A stretch of 33,485 nucleotides of DNA from a virus. Its lineage: Duplodnaviria > Caudoviricetes. The notes under the pieces are model-generated. The model did not search any database and had not been told where the DNA came from. It saw only the letters and a list, made by a program, of their open reading frames with translations. Made by a program: the position numbers and the translations under genes. The DNA is taken from positions 1-33,485 of IMG/VR virus record IMGVR_UViG_3300032245_001057, one strand, 5' to 3'. Of this stretch, positions 19,229 to 29,500 are shown in pieces; position 1 is the first letter of the stretch; each line of letters starts with the position of its first letter.

Positions 19229-19779
19229 TAACAAAAATTCAGTCGAAAAACGACGAGCAGAGTCTATTGGAATTAATCAATAGACATTCTGGAATCTATA
19301 CATCTATGGTTGAGAGGTTTGCTTCTGGAAAAACAATTTTAGACAAGGATTTAATCATGGATGACAAAAATTTTACTATTTATGCATCTGCTTTGAAATT
19401 TGACTCCAGTAGAGAAACTAAATTTTCAACTCATCTAGCTAATGAGGTAAAGTGGAAATGTTTAAACGCTATTAATAAAATTAAAAAACGTAAAGAATGC
19501 AGCATAGAGGACGAGTCAAACTATATTGAACCATCATGCGAAGATTTCATCTCTTCTATCGACGAAAAAGAAACTTTAAACAATTTTAAAGATCTTTTAG
19601 ACAAAGAAACTGATCAAAGAGTAAAAAAAATCATTGACATGAGATATAATAGCGTCAATAATAAGCTAACTTCATGGAAGATTATTGCATCTCATTTAAA
19701 AATGAGTATTCAGGGGTGCATAAATATCCATAATAGATTTATAAACAAACACAAAAAAGAATTATGTATAACACAATAG
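19207..19779 (+). CDS. Phage sigma70-family-like factor
   Basis: Region 2-like KFDSSRETKFSTHL; region 4-like IIDMRY...SWKIIASHLKMS HTH. Confidence 0.75.
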   Translation: MESDISLITKIQSKNDEQSLLELINRHSGIYTSMVERFASGKTILDKDLIMDDKNFTIYASALKFDSSRETKFSTHLANEVKWKCLNAINKIKKRKECSIEDESNYIEPSCEDFISSIDEKETLNNFKDLLDKETDQRVKKIIDMRYNSVNNKLTSWKIIASHLKMSIQGCINIHNRFINKHKKELCITQ

Positions 19780-20153
19780 TAACAGTATGTCACCTTGTCT
19801 CTGATCCAGAACTCAAGGAAATTAGCGGAGGAAAAAAGGTTTGCAAGATGCGAGTTTGCGTCTCTAGTCAAAACGCAAAGACCAAGAACTTCATTGATGT
19901 CGAGGCTTGGGATCGACAAGCAGAAGTTTGTTCTCAATATCTGAAGAAGGGCAGAGAAGTCCTTATCCAAGGAGAACTGTGCATGGATACATGGGAAAAG
20001 GATGGCAAGAAGGCTAGTAAGCATTTTATTCGCGCAAATACTGTTCAATTTTTGGGAGGTAATGGAGGCGAAAAGAAGGAGGGCCAATCTCAAGATTCAT
20101 CTAAGCCGCAAAGCAATTCTTCAGTTTCAAGCGAAGAGGATATCCCCTTTTAA
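19764..20153 (+). CDS. ssb: Single-stranded DNA-binding protein
   Basis: LVSDPELK, FIDVEAWDRQAE, YLKKGREVLIQGEL, C-terminal EEDIPF. Confidence 0.95.
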   Translation: MYNTIVTVCHLVSDPELKEISGGKKVCKMRVCVSSQNAKTKNFIDVEAWDRQAEVCSQYLKKGREVLIQGELCMDTWEKDGKKASKHFIRANTVQFLGGNGGEKKEGQSQDSSKPQSNSSVSSEEDIPF

Positions 20154-20156
20154 TCT

Positions 20157-21236
20157 ATGCAATTACTCGTAGAAGCACCCATTAATTCCCTTTCACTAGG
20201 GAATGTTTCAATTAATTTTTTAAAAGAATTAAAGAATAAAAACGTTGAAGTCGGACTTTTTCCAGTAGGGAACGTTGATATCCAAGCTTATGATCTAGAC
20301 CAAGATTTTATATCTTGGCTTCAAGAGTCAACTAATAATAGATTCAAATTTCTCAATAAGGACATTCCAGAGCTTAGGCTTTGGCACTTAAATGGTAGCG
20401 AAAACAGAAAAAATGCGAAACAATATTTATACACATTTTATGAATGTAGCGATCCGACCAGCACAGAAGTAGCTATCGCTAAAGCTCAAGATCATGTTTT
20501 TTTCAGCTCGACATATTCCAAAGATAAATTTGTAAAAAATGGATGTGAAAATTCCTCTTTTATTCCTCTTGGATTTGACAAGACATTTTTCAAAACAGAC
20601 AAGAAATATCTAAATGACGTTATCCATTTTGGAATAATGGGTAAATTTGAAAAAAGGAAAAACACTGGAAAAATCATCCAGAACTGGGCCAAAAAGTATG
20701 GAAACAACAACAAGTATCAATTAACTTGCTGTGTTACAAATCCATTCTTTAAGCCAGAAGACATGCAAAATGTTATTCAAACAGTTCTTGAGGGTAAAAG
20801 ATATACAAATATTAATTTTCTACCATATCTTCAAAAGAATTCAGAAATTAATGAGTTGCTTAATGCTATTGATATTGATCTTACAGGATTAAGCTTTTCC
20901 GAGGGCTGGAATCTTCCAAGCTTTAATGCTACTTGTTTGGGTAAATGGTCTATTGTTCATAATGCCACAGCACATAAAGACTGGGCAAATAATGATAATA
21001 GTATTATGGTTGAATCTGAATCAGAAACAGAATGTTACGATCAAGTATTCTTCCAAAAGGGTTCTGAATTTAACCAAGGTGTTTGGCCCATTTATTCTGA
21101 CGAAGCGATGGTGAGCGCAATGGAGAAGGCAGAAACTAAAGTAGGACAAATTAACACAGAAGGACAAAAGTTGTGCGACACAATGACATACTCTAATACA
21201 ATAGACTCCATTTTGTCTAGTATTTACAAGAATTAA
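20157..21236 (+). CDS. GT-B (GT4-like) glycosyltransferase
   Basis: IPLGFD, GKFEKRKN, SEGWNLPSFNA. Confidence 0.75.
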   Translation: MQLLVEAPINSLSLGNVSINFLKELKNKNVEVGLFPVGNVDIQAYDLDQDFISWLQESTNNRFKFLNKDIPELRLWHLNGSENRKNAKQYLYTFYECSDPTSTEVAIAKAQDHVFFSSTYSKDKFVKNGCENSSFIPLGFDKTFFKTDKKYLNDVIHFGIMGKFEKRKNTGKIIQNWAKKYGNNNKYQLTCCVTNPFFKPEDMQNVIQTVLEGKRYTNINFLPYLQKNSEINELLNAIDIDLTGLSFSEGWNLPSFNATCLGKWSIVHNATAHKDWANNDNSIMVESESETECYDQVFFQKGSEFNQGVWPIYSDEAMVSAMEKAETKVGQINTEGQKLCDTMTYSNTIDSILSSIYKN

Positions 21237-21239
21237 TGT

Positions 21240-21255
21240 TGGTGCAATTTTTGCT
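21240..21255 (+). promoter_or_regulatory. Putative sigma54 (-24/-12) promoter of hsp20
   Basis: TGGTGCAATTTTTGCT has exact GG-N10-GC spacing. Confidence 0.5.
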
Positions 21256-21270
21256 AAATATATAAAACTT

Positions 21271-21603
21271 ATGAAATCGTTGTTCGAAGAACTATTGGAA
21301 ACATCTTATGGATGCACAAATAAAATCAATCAAACTAGCATGTCAATCAAAGATCTTGGAGATTTTTGGATTGCTGAAATTATCTTGGCTGGATTTTCTA
21401 AAACAGATATTAGTATTAATGCTGATAACGAAACTTTGGAAGTCAAAGCTAAAAACGAAGAAAGAAAATCAAAAGATCTCAGGCTAAAACTTAGCGGCCT
21501 AGTATCTATTGATAAGATTTCCTCAAAACTTAAAGACGGAATTTTAAAAATTAAGTTACCAAAAATAACTACAAATAATAAAGTTTCTATTAGTATTGAT
21601 TAA
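21271..21603 (+). CDS. Small heat-shock protein (Hsp20)
   Basis: LAGFSKTDISI and ISSKLKDGILKIKLPK alpha-crystallin motifs. Confidence 0.85.
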   Translation: MKSLFEELLETSYGCTNKINQTSMSIKDLGDFWIAEIILAGFSKTDISINADNETLEVKAKNEERKSKDLRLKLSGLVSIDKISSKLKDGILKIKLPKITTNNKVSISID

Positions 21604-21607
21604 AGAG

Positions 21608-21639
21608 AAAAGGGGGGGTTGAAAAACCTCCCTTTTTTT
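21608..21639 (+). terminator. Rho-independent terminator
   Basis: AAAAGGGGGGGTT-GAAA-AACCTCCC followed by T7. Confidence 0.85.
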
Positions 21640-21651
21640 ATATAAAACAAT

Positions 21652-22047
21652 ATGCCTATCTATACCTATTTTAGAGAATCAACAGAAGAGTTTATTGACG
21701 TATTCCAAGGGATGAATGATGTCCATGAATACAATGGAGTAGATGGCAACGAAGATGACTGGAAAAGGGTGTATCACTCTCCTCAGATGTCTATCGACAC
21801 TCAGATAGACCCATTTAGCCAAAAGCAGTTCAACGACCGCACAAGGGACAAGAAAGGTACTGTGGGACATATGCTTGATTATAGCTCAGAAATGAGTGAA
21901 AAAAGAGCGTCACAAGCTGGCGGCATTGATCCAGTTAAGCAAAAGTATTTTGAAAATTATTCAAAAGAACGTAGGGGAGCAAAACATCAAATGGAAAAAC
22001 AGACTTTCGAAGGAAAGAACTTTAAAGTTGATTATAAACAAAATTAA
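21652..22047 (+). CDS. Hypothetical protein, FmdB-like N-terminus lacking cysteines
   Basis: MPIYTY...EEFIDVFQGMND...WKRVY start; stop overlaps the convergent gene. Confidence 0.6.
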   Translation: MPIYTYFRESTEEFIDVFQGMNDVHEYNGVDGNEDDWKRVYHSPQMSIDTQIDPFSQKQFNDRTRDKKGTVGHMLDYSSEMSEKRASQAGGIDPVKQKYFENYSKERRGAKHQMEKQTFEGKNFKVDYKQN

Positions 22048-22751
22048 TTAATCTTAACGAAAGATAGCTGAGTCGCAGATCCAGAATTTGCCAATCCAGT
22101 TCCAGATGCTAAAACTGCACTGGAAGTTGTGTTTGACAGAGCTTGCAATTGTATATTTGTATTGCTTGTCAAGTTTATTATTGTTGACATATTGATACTA
22201 GAAAAATCAGAGACACCGCTAGTATGAAATGCCATTGCTGATGCATAAACAGAGCCAGTAGTATCTTTTATTCTAAATGCCACTGTGCTTGGTGCTGATC
22301 CAGTGTGTAGGGCCATCGCAGTAGCAAGCCACATTCCACTTGTTAAATCTCCAGATATTATATTATAATATGTTTGACTTAAAGCTAACGTAGAATTTGA
22401 AGCTAATTTTATATTTGAATTTTTTAATGTAAAAGAATCTCCACTAAAAGATATGCCACTAATTGGATTGGCAAAATATTTAATACCGCTTATTGTTTGA
22501 TTTCCAGTTGTATAAACTCCATTAATTAGACCTGTAGCAGTCGTAGCGGTTGTCGCATTTCCAATAAGATTCCCAACTATTGAAGAATTAAAAGTTTTAG
22601 TCCCTGAAATAGTTTGATTACCAGTTAAAGCAACAACCCCCCCAGCATTCCAATTAACTGCTAAACCATTACCCAATGTAATCGTATTAGTGCCGCTTTG
22701 ATTTAAAACGTACTGATAAGTATCTGATACATTGAATAATCCTAAATCCAT
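22044..22751 (-). CDS. Short tail-fibre-like protein
   Basis: Two TGNQTISGxKxF repeats, GNATTAT, beta-rich C-terminal knob; rich in Ser/Thr/Gly. Confidence 0.6.
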   Translation of the reverse strand: MDLGLFNVSDTYQYVLNQSGTNTITLGNGLAVNWNAGGVVALTGNQTISGTKTFNSSIVGNLIGNATTATTATGLINGVYTTGNQTISGIKYFANPISGISFSGDSFTLKNSNIKLASNSTLALSQTYYNIISGDLTSGMWLATAMALHTGSAPSTVAFRIKDTTGSVYASAMAFHTSGVSDFSSINMSTIINLTSNTNIQLQALSNTTSSAVLASGTGLANSGSATQLSFVKIN

Positions 22752-22773
22752 ATATTTATATACACTTTAAAAA

Positions 22774-23475
22774 TCAAAATGCGCTCAATGCAATTCTTCC
22801 CCAAAAAGGAGATGAAGTTCCAGTACACACATACAATGATGTTCCACTGACTGCCATTTGACCAAGGCTTCCACTTTGAGACGAAAGCCCAGTAAAAGAT
22901 GGAAGTCTCAAATAAACTCCACTAGCAAAATCTAAATAACAAGTGTGCGCCCCTTTGGAATCATGATCTCTATCTTGTCCATCAGCCCAAACACCTGCCC
23001 CACTATGTGTATTTGCTATTTTTGCTCTTCTTCCTCCGACAATCGACGAGTAATCTCCAGATGTTGTGTTTAATAATCCCCCACCAATAAAATTATATAA
23101 GCCAACAGTCCTATTATCTTGTCCTCCGACGATACTTAAGCCAGAGCCACTTACAAAATTTCGAAGCCCTCCATTAATACTTATATAGTCTCCAACTCCT
23201 GTATTCCTTAATCCACCCATAATACTTGAATGAAAAGAGTTTCCAGTGACTGAATTAGATTGTCCACCAGCTACATATGTTGCATTAGCTATGTTAAAAT
23301 TATTCAAGCTATCCTTGAATGTGTAGCCCGTAATAAGCCTATTGCCAGTTGTTGTTGCGACAAATGAAGCCTCCCAATTAACTGCTGAATAATCTCCCAA
23401 TGTAATAGGGGAAGCACCATTTTGATTTAAAAGGTATTGATATGTTCCACTTATTTTCTCACCGCTCAAATTCAT
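22774..23475 (-). CDS. Short fibre/adhesin-like protein with GGxxN repeats
   Basis: About six 14-aa GGxxNxxxGxxSxI repeats; N-terminus shared with 22044-22751. Confidence 0.6.
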   Translation of the reverse strand: MNLSGEKISGTYQYLLNQNGASPITLGDYSAVNWEASFVATTTGNRLITGYTFKDSLNNFNIANATYVAGGQSNSVTGNSFHSSIMGGLRNTGVGDYISINGGLRNFVSGSGLSIVGGQDNRTVGLYNFIGGGLLNTTSGDYSSIVGGRRAKIANTHSGAGVWADGQDRDHDSKGAHTCYLDFASGVYLRLPSFTGLSSQSGSLGQMAVSGTSLYVCTGTSSPFWGRIALSAF

Positions 23476-23496
23476 TTGCTTTTATTTACACTTTTA

Positions 23497-24714
23497 TTAA
23501 CTAAAATTCCAATTATTAGGTTCTTGATTCCATCTGTTATCATTAACTTCGTAAGTTCTATAGGTATATTTTTGCACATTGTCCATTATGAATCCGTCGC
23601 TTTCTGTTATTTGTACGGAAAAAGACGCTGACATTTTGTATATATTATTTACTTGTGTTGAATAATTTAAGCTTGTTAGTTTAGCTCCTTGAAAATTATA
23701 AAACCCAGTGACTGAATCAATATCATTCGAAAAAGAAAAATTAACATCATAAAGATCTTCTGCATTAAATAGCGCAGAACTTTGGCTTCTATTGGCTATC
23801 GTTGAATTAAAACCAGAAACTAAAGATTCTATTTGTATATTTGCAATTATTGGAAATTTTAATTTTCTATCAGATACTGAACTATTACCAAATTTATATA
23901 AATCTACTCTATCGAAATCAAAATTTAAATTATATGATTGAAGTATTAAATTTGAAAAATTCTTCAAAGGAGTGGTTGCATCTTGAGAATTACTTTTATT
24001 TATAATAGAAACTAAACTTTTATGCGGTAATGCTACTGGAGGATTTAAAGCATTTCTATCTTGTATATCTGAATTAATGTTTTTACTTATATTTGATAAC
24101 CTTCTATATTGATAAACAAAATTATAGTTTAGCCCTCCACTAATAGGATCTAATGCTGGAACTTTGATATTTTGTGGTGGGCCAGATGTTGAAAATAAAC
24201 TTTCTGCTCCAATATTCGATGATTTGAATTTTGTCGATACAACAGGAAGTTGCCCAAGTGACATTGATATTGAATAATTGCTCAAATAACAATTTCCGAA
24301 AGAAACAACCTCTCCATCTGTCCAATCTTGTGTAATTTTCCCTATTTCATCGAAGCCATCAGTCCCATCTTTTTCATTAGATAAAAAATAAAAATTATAG
24401 TTTTTATTTTTAAAATTAGACATAGCTGATATATTGGTTCCAGATTTTTGAAACCCCATTAGCAACTCATTATTTAAATATGGAGAAAAATAATAATCTA
24501 TTGACAAATCAACTTGTGGTCTTAAAACGTCTACATTAGTTGAGTAATTTTGATAGCCTAATTGTTTGCTAGCTTGTTTATTTGTGGAAAAATTAAAATT
24601 TAGAGATTGTGTTAATGAAAAAATATTTCCAGTTTCTGGTATAGTTTCTGACCACGCTGGAGATTTGCCAATAATAACAAATGATGAATTACTTTTTAGT
24701 ATATTTTTTTTCAT
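23497..24714 (-). CDS. Putative tail structural protein (tube-like)
   Basis: Beta-rich, downstream of the TMP, shares motifs with 25736-26557. Confidence 0.5.
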   Translation of the reverse strand: MKKNILKSNSSFVIIGKSPAWSETIPETGNIFSLTQSLNFNFSTNKQASKQLGYQNYSTNVDVLRPQVDLSIDYYFSPYLNNELLMGFQKSGTNISAMSNFKNKNYNFYFLSNEKDGTDGFDEIGKITQDWTDGEVVSFGNCYLSNYSISMSLGQLPVVSTKFKSSNIGAESLFSTSGPPQNIKVPALDPISGGLNYNFVYQYRRLSNISKNINSDIQDRNALNPPVALPHKSLVSIINKSNSQDATTPLKNFSNLILQSYNLNFDFDRVDLYKFGNSSVSDRKLKFPIIANIQIESLVSGFNSTIANRSQSSALFNAEDLYDVNFSFSNDIDSVTGFYNFQGAKLTSLNYSTQVNNIYKMSASFSVQITESDGFIMDNVQKYTYRTYEVNDNRWNQEPNNWNFS

Positions 24715-25739
24715 TATGTATCTTTTGGTATAATTCCTAATGGGTCTTCAATAAAAGTCACATCTAAATCGTTATGATCTTTATATTTCCAAGTGTGTGT
24801 CCATTGTGGACAATAGTATACTTTTGGTCTATTATATACTGATGGTATTTGATGTCTAAACTTTCTATATCCAGCTTTGTTTTCTAAGAAATGAAGCATA
24901 CATAGTAATTGCTTATTGCTTATATTAGTGAATTTATAATTTATATCAAATTTTGCTGTATTATTTTTTGTTTTAATTCTTAAAGGAAAAGAATTTTTAA
25001 AATCAACTTTAGATACTTGTATTTTTACATCATTTTGAAATCCTATATCTGGACTAAAGAAAAAATCTTGAGTCCATGCCGAATTAACTCCAGTTGGAGA
25101 ATTAGAGTTAGAGCTATAATGATCGCCGCTACAATAGAAAAAATTATTTAATTTATTAGTATTGACATTGCTATAAAGTATATCATATTTTTTATATGAA
25201 TTTCCAGTTGCCCAGACCCTTAAATTTGACCAGCCAGTATTATAATCTTTCCATTTTACAATAATAGAATTAAATGGATTTTGTAGCTTGTCACTATCGA
25301 AGTTTAAGAAATAAGAAGATTTCCAGTTAAAAAAAGAAGGAGCCTGATCTACAGAGATATCAACAGCAAACTCATAATGATTATTATTAATATGATTAAC
25401 AGCATAATTTTCACAGAAAGATTTATTGCTTTTATAAATTCCGCTGTTATCTGGATTAAAGTAAAAGCTTTGATGACCTTCTTTACTTTCAAAGAAATTT
25501 ACCAATTTTGCACAGTTATCTTCATTTACATCATACCTAACCTTATAAGATACTGATAAATTATTTAAGGAAGCTGGTATAATATTGCTGTATGAATCAT
25601 TAGTTTCATACGCTAGTATTTTTGAAACATACTCTACTCTAGATCCATAGACTGGAGTTAAAGATAAATCAGAAAAATTTACTGGCGCAGTTATTCCTGA
25701 AATATTTCTATCTCTATTATAAAAAAGGTCTTCACTCAT
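24714..25739 (-). CDS. Minor tail protein with two lambda gpM-like domains and a CBM-like insert
   Basis: LVNFFESKEGHQSFYFNP and MLHFLENKAGYRKFRHQIP...KVYYCPQW resemble gpM; the insert has a W..G..Y...D...Y.C...H.S....P....W pattern. Confidence 0.6.
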   Translation of the reverse strand: MSEDLFYNRDRNISGITAPVNFSDLSLTPVYGSRVEYVSKILAYETNDSYSNIIPASLNNLSVSYKVRYDVNEDNCAKLVNFFESKEGHQSFYFNPDNSGIYKSNKSFCENYAVNHINNNHYEFAVDISVDQAPSFFNWKSSYFLNFDSDKLQNPFNSIIVKWKDYNTGWSNLRVWATGNSYKKYDILYSNVNTNKLNNFFYCSGDHYSSNSNSPTGVNSAWTQDFFFSPDIGFQNDVKIQVSKVDFKNSFPLRIKTKNNTAKFDINYKFTNISNKQLLCMLHFLENKAGYRKFRHQIPSVYNRPKVYYCPQWTHTWKYKDHNDLDVTFIEDPLGIIPKDT

Positions 25740-26557
25740 AAATGTCCAACATAGTTTAAGGTTAATTTCAATAATCCATCAGCAGATGCGGATAATTGTT
25801 CTGATACAAGACTTGCTTTTGGAACATTAAATGTTATTGCTGGAACGCCAATAACATTTGAGTCTATAGATAGATATACATTTTTATTTTCTTTATTTGT
25901 CAAGAAATTTTGTGAATTCTGAAGAAACGCATCATCAATTTCTATTTGAACAGATGCTGAATATTCTAATGGAGGAATAGATTCTACCGTAACTGCCAAA
26001 GAAGAGCCTATGGAGTATATGGGTTTTCTATTTATTTTTATAGAATAGTCAAATCCAACTACCCTATTAGAAGTTGCATTGTCGCAAGTGATCTTACATG
26101 CTGATTGATATGGTAATAAATAATCATAAAAAGAAGGGAATGAACCTGACGAATTGTTTCCACTGCGTATCGAGTCAAAAACTGTAAAATTTGTTGTAAC
26201 TTTCGGAATTGATCCAATCGCAAAGTTTAACATGTATTCTGTCATGTATCCGCTTTTAAAACCATATGAACTGTTTTCATAATTTATACTTGCGTCCATG
26301 ATTCCAGTCAGCCCAGTATATTGCAATAAAAAATCCTCCCAATCGCTTGAGGATGTTTTTTTTGTAAGCAGCAAATCTCTAGTTATTGAAATATTTTTTG
26401 TAGAATCTGAATTGGAGATGGTTATTCCGTTTGAATATCCTAGTGGATTTGCCGTAGATAAACTATGCGAATAAGAAGTATCAGAGACTGATACTCCTGT
26501 CATTTTATATCCTCCTACATATAAAGAGGATTCATCATTTAATTTTGCGCCAAACAT
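25736..26557 (-). CDS. Putative tail structural protein (tube-like)
   Basis: Directly downstream of the TMP; paralog-like to 23497-24714. Confidence 0.5.
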   Translation of the reverse strand: MFGAKLNDESSLYVGGYKMTGVSVSDTSYSHSLSTANPLGYSNGITISNSDSTKNISITRDLLLTKKTSSSDWEDFLLQYTGLTGIMDASINYENSSYGFKSGYMTEYMLNFAIGSIPKVTTNFTVFDSIRSGNNSSGSFPSFYDYLLPYQSACKITCDNATSNRVVGFDYSIKINRKPIYSIGSSLAVTVESIPPLEYSASVQIEIDDAFLQNSQNFLTNKENKNVYLSIDSNVIGVPAITFNVPKASLVSEQLSASADGLLKLTLNYVGHL

Positions 26558-26558
26558 A

Positions 26559-29500
26559 TTAACTTCTTCTTAAAACGCCCCCAAGTCTTTTTTCTTCTTG
26601 AAGCACTTGAACAACTGCATCTCTAATTTTCTTAGAGAGATTTTGATCTTTTTGACTTCCACCATCTTGCTGATTATCTCCACTAGTTTGTCCTTGTTGC
26701 GAAGAAACGTTGACTGTGACGGGCTTGCTCGATTCTTTAGTGACTCTTATCAACTCGTCGATCTTATTGATGAGTTGATCATTAATAGCTGAAGAGCTAG
26801 TATCTGTCGATGCTCCAGAGTTCATCGCATTAAGATTGTTTGCTCCAATTCTTCGGGTTGCTCCAGCATTCATAATGAACTCACCACCAGAAAGCATTGC
26901 TGGGACTGTATCTATTCCAGATGTTTGAGGAATCGCGCCACCAGTAGCCAACCTTTTAATGTTTAATGCTCCCATATTGGCAAATTTATCATAAAGATTT
27001 TTATCACTTCCAGCAAAAAAATCAATAACATTTTTTCCCATTCCACCTGTATCATCAACTCTATATATAGCTCCATTAATTTCTAACATTGTTCCTAGTG
27101 GAAAATAATTAGAAGCTACGCTTTTACCAGCTTCCAAAGTTCTTCCAGACGCGCCAAGTGTTTGACTAAAGCCTTCGTAGCCTTTGACTCCGAGATTAGC
27201 TTTTTCTTGGTCCATCGCAGTTGTTTTATCTATTGATGCTGATCCATAAGCAGTTGCTACAAAATTTCCATTCAAACTTGTTGCAGCATTTGATTCTCCA
27301 AAAGATCCACCATTAACCACCAAGGCTTTCGGAACTCCATTTTCAAAATTAGTTGTAGCCATATTATAGTATTGGCTAGCAGATTTAAAATCTCCAGAAA
27401 ATAATGAACCCAAACTTGATCCAACATTTCCAAATTTTTCGCCTACACCTTTGACTCCACCCATAAAAGTCCCTGTCTTGGCAAAACCTTCTTGAAATCC
27501 CGTTTTTGTTATACCCACTCCTGCGCTCACGGCTGATGTAATTAAGGCGCTTATTATGGCTGTTTTGAATGCCTTCTTTTGGGCTTTTTCTTCTTCTCTT
27601 GCTTGTTTTTCAGCTGCAAGTTGTTGAAAATATAGACCCAAAGCTTCTTTCTTAGATTCTTTAACAGCCGCAGCCATTGGTCCTTGATTTCTTCCAAAGT
27701 TAGTAAGCCTGACGCTTTCTGGAGTGAGATCTATATAGGAAGAATCACCACCTCCTCTAATAATGTCTCCAGCTCCAGAAGTATATGATTGCGATGCGTA
27801 ACTTAATAGATTCTTTTTCCCAGAAATAGTTCCAGCTCCATAATATCCAGGCATTTGGAATCCACCTTTACCAGTTTGATTTCTAACATTTGAAGCATTA
27901 ATAACATCAGAGCCTAAACCTCTATCCCTAATAACTGGTCCTCCTCTAGCATATCCAGAAATTGAACCATTATTCAATGCCTCCATGAATCCTGATCCAT
28001 ACTTAGAGACTGCTTTTTTATTCATGACATATTCGCCACCCATTAACATGGCGGGAACATCATCTTTATTGCCAGAACCGCCAGTAATTGGACCACCAGA
28101 AGCTTTGAATAAAGTTCCTACTCCCCCAGTAAATTGACCAGCAATATTTTTAATTTGAGCTTTTGTTATTTCATTCAAGAAGCTTGAAGCTGCGGCCCTA
28201 AGAGAATCGCCTAAGCTCTTACCTTGCATAATAACGCCTTCCATAGCAGAAGCCATGTTATCTGCAAATAATTGAGGTATTCTTTCTCCAAGATTAAACG
28301 CAAACATTTCGTTTTCATCTCTTAATTTAGTCAATCCAGATTCTAAACCTCCAGGTACACCGCTTTGTATTGCTTTTAATTTTTGTTCAGCCAAGCTCAA
28401 GCCTTTTTCCTCAAGATTGTTACTTTTTGTAAGCTGATCTATTTCTGTATTTCGATTAGCAATAATTTTATCTAAATTATCATTAAATTCTTTTCCATAT
28501 TTTCCTCTAAGCTGCTCTAAATCTGTCGCCTTTGCTATTTCATCAGTTATTCCTGCTACTTCTGTTGCATCAACGCCTTTTGTAGCAAGCGATGTAGCTT
28601 GTTGTATTCCATTTCTCAAATATCTTTGTTGTATTTCTTGAACAGCTCTCGATTGATCTATTGGTTGTAATTCTCTTTGTGATTTAGCTTGTTCAGCTTC
28701 TCTTTTGAGAGCTTGTAATGAAGTTTCATTTAGTTTTGGTTGCCCTAATTCAGCAATTTTTTTTCTTTTTGCGAATTCATCTGGAGAAAATTGTTTAATT
28801 TCTAAATCTTTAGATTGTTGAGCAAGTTGAATAGAATTTTGAATTAATTCATTTCTTTTTGATAGATTATCATTCCTATCTTTATCTGCATCACTAATTT
28901 GTCTTGTAATTCCTAAAATAGTTTTTAAAAGAGATGCTTGATCATTTATTTTTTTCTCTCCAGCGAATAAACTAGTAATATATTTTAATATACCATCATT
29001 CGCTAAACCCTCTTTACCTATGACTCCATCTAAACTGGAGCCAATTTTTTTAGATATGTCTTCAATTTTTGCAAAATCATTATTAGCAAATGCTTTTCTT
29101 AAATCTTCACTAAATGAATTTGTTTTTTCAGATATAGAAGTAAAAACTTTATCAAAATCTTCTATTTTTAACCCTGCGCCAGAAAGTGTTTTTTCTAAAT
29201 CCCCTCTCAATCCTTCATATGCAGTTTGTTGATTTTTGATTAAATTATTCTGAGTTTCAAATTTTTTATTTGAATCTTCTATAGCGTCAGATCTTTTTTT
29301 GTCAGTCAAAAGTGCATTATTAGCTATGTCTAATAATTCATTATTTGGACCTAATGCTTTATTTTCTAATTCATTTATGATTTTAGTATATTGAGATTGC
29401 CCTCTTAATAATGCTAATGATTTATTATATTCAATATTTAATGCTTGGCTATCAGTTAATATTGCATCTTGCTTTTGTCTATATGCCCCTATTAATTGAT

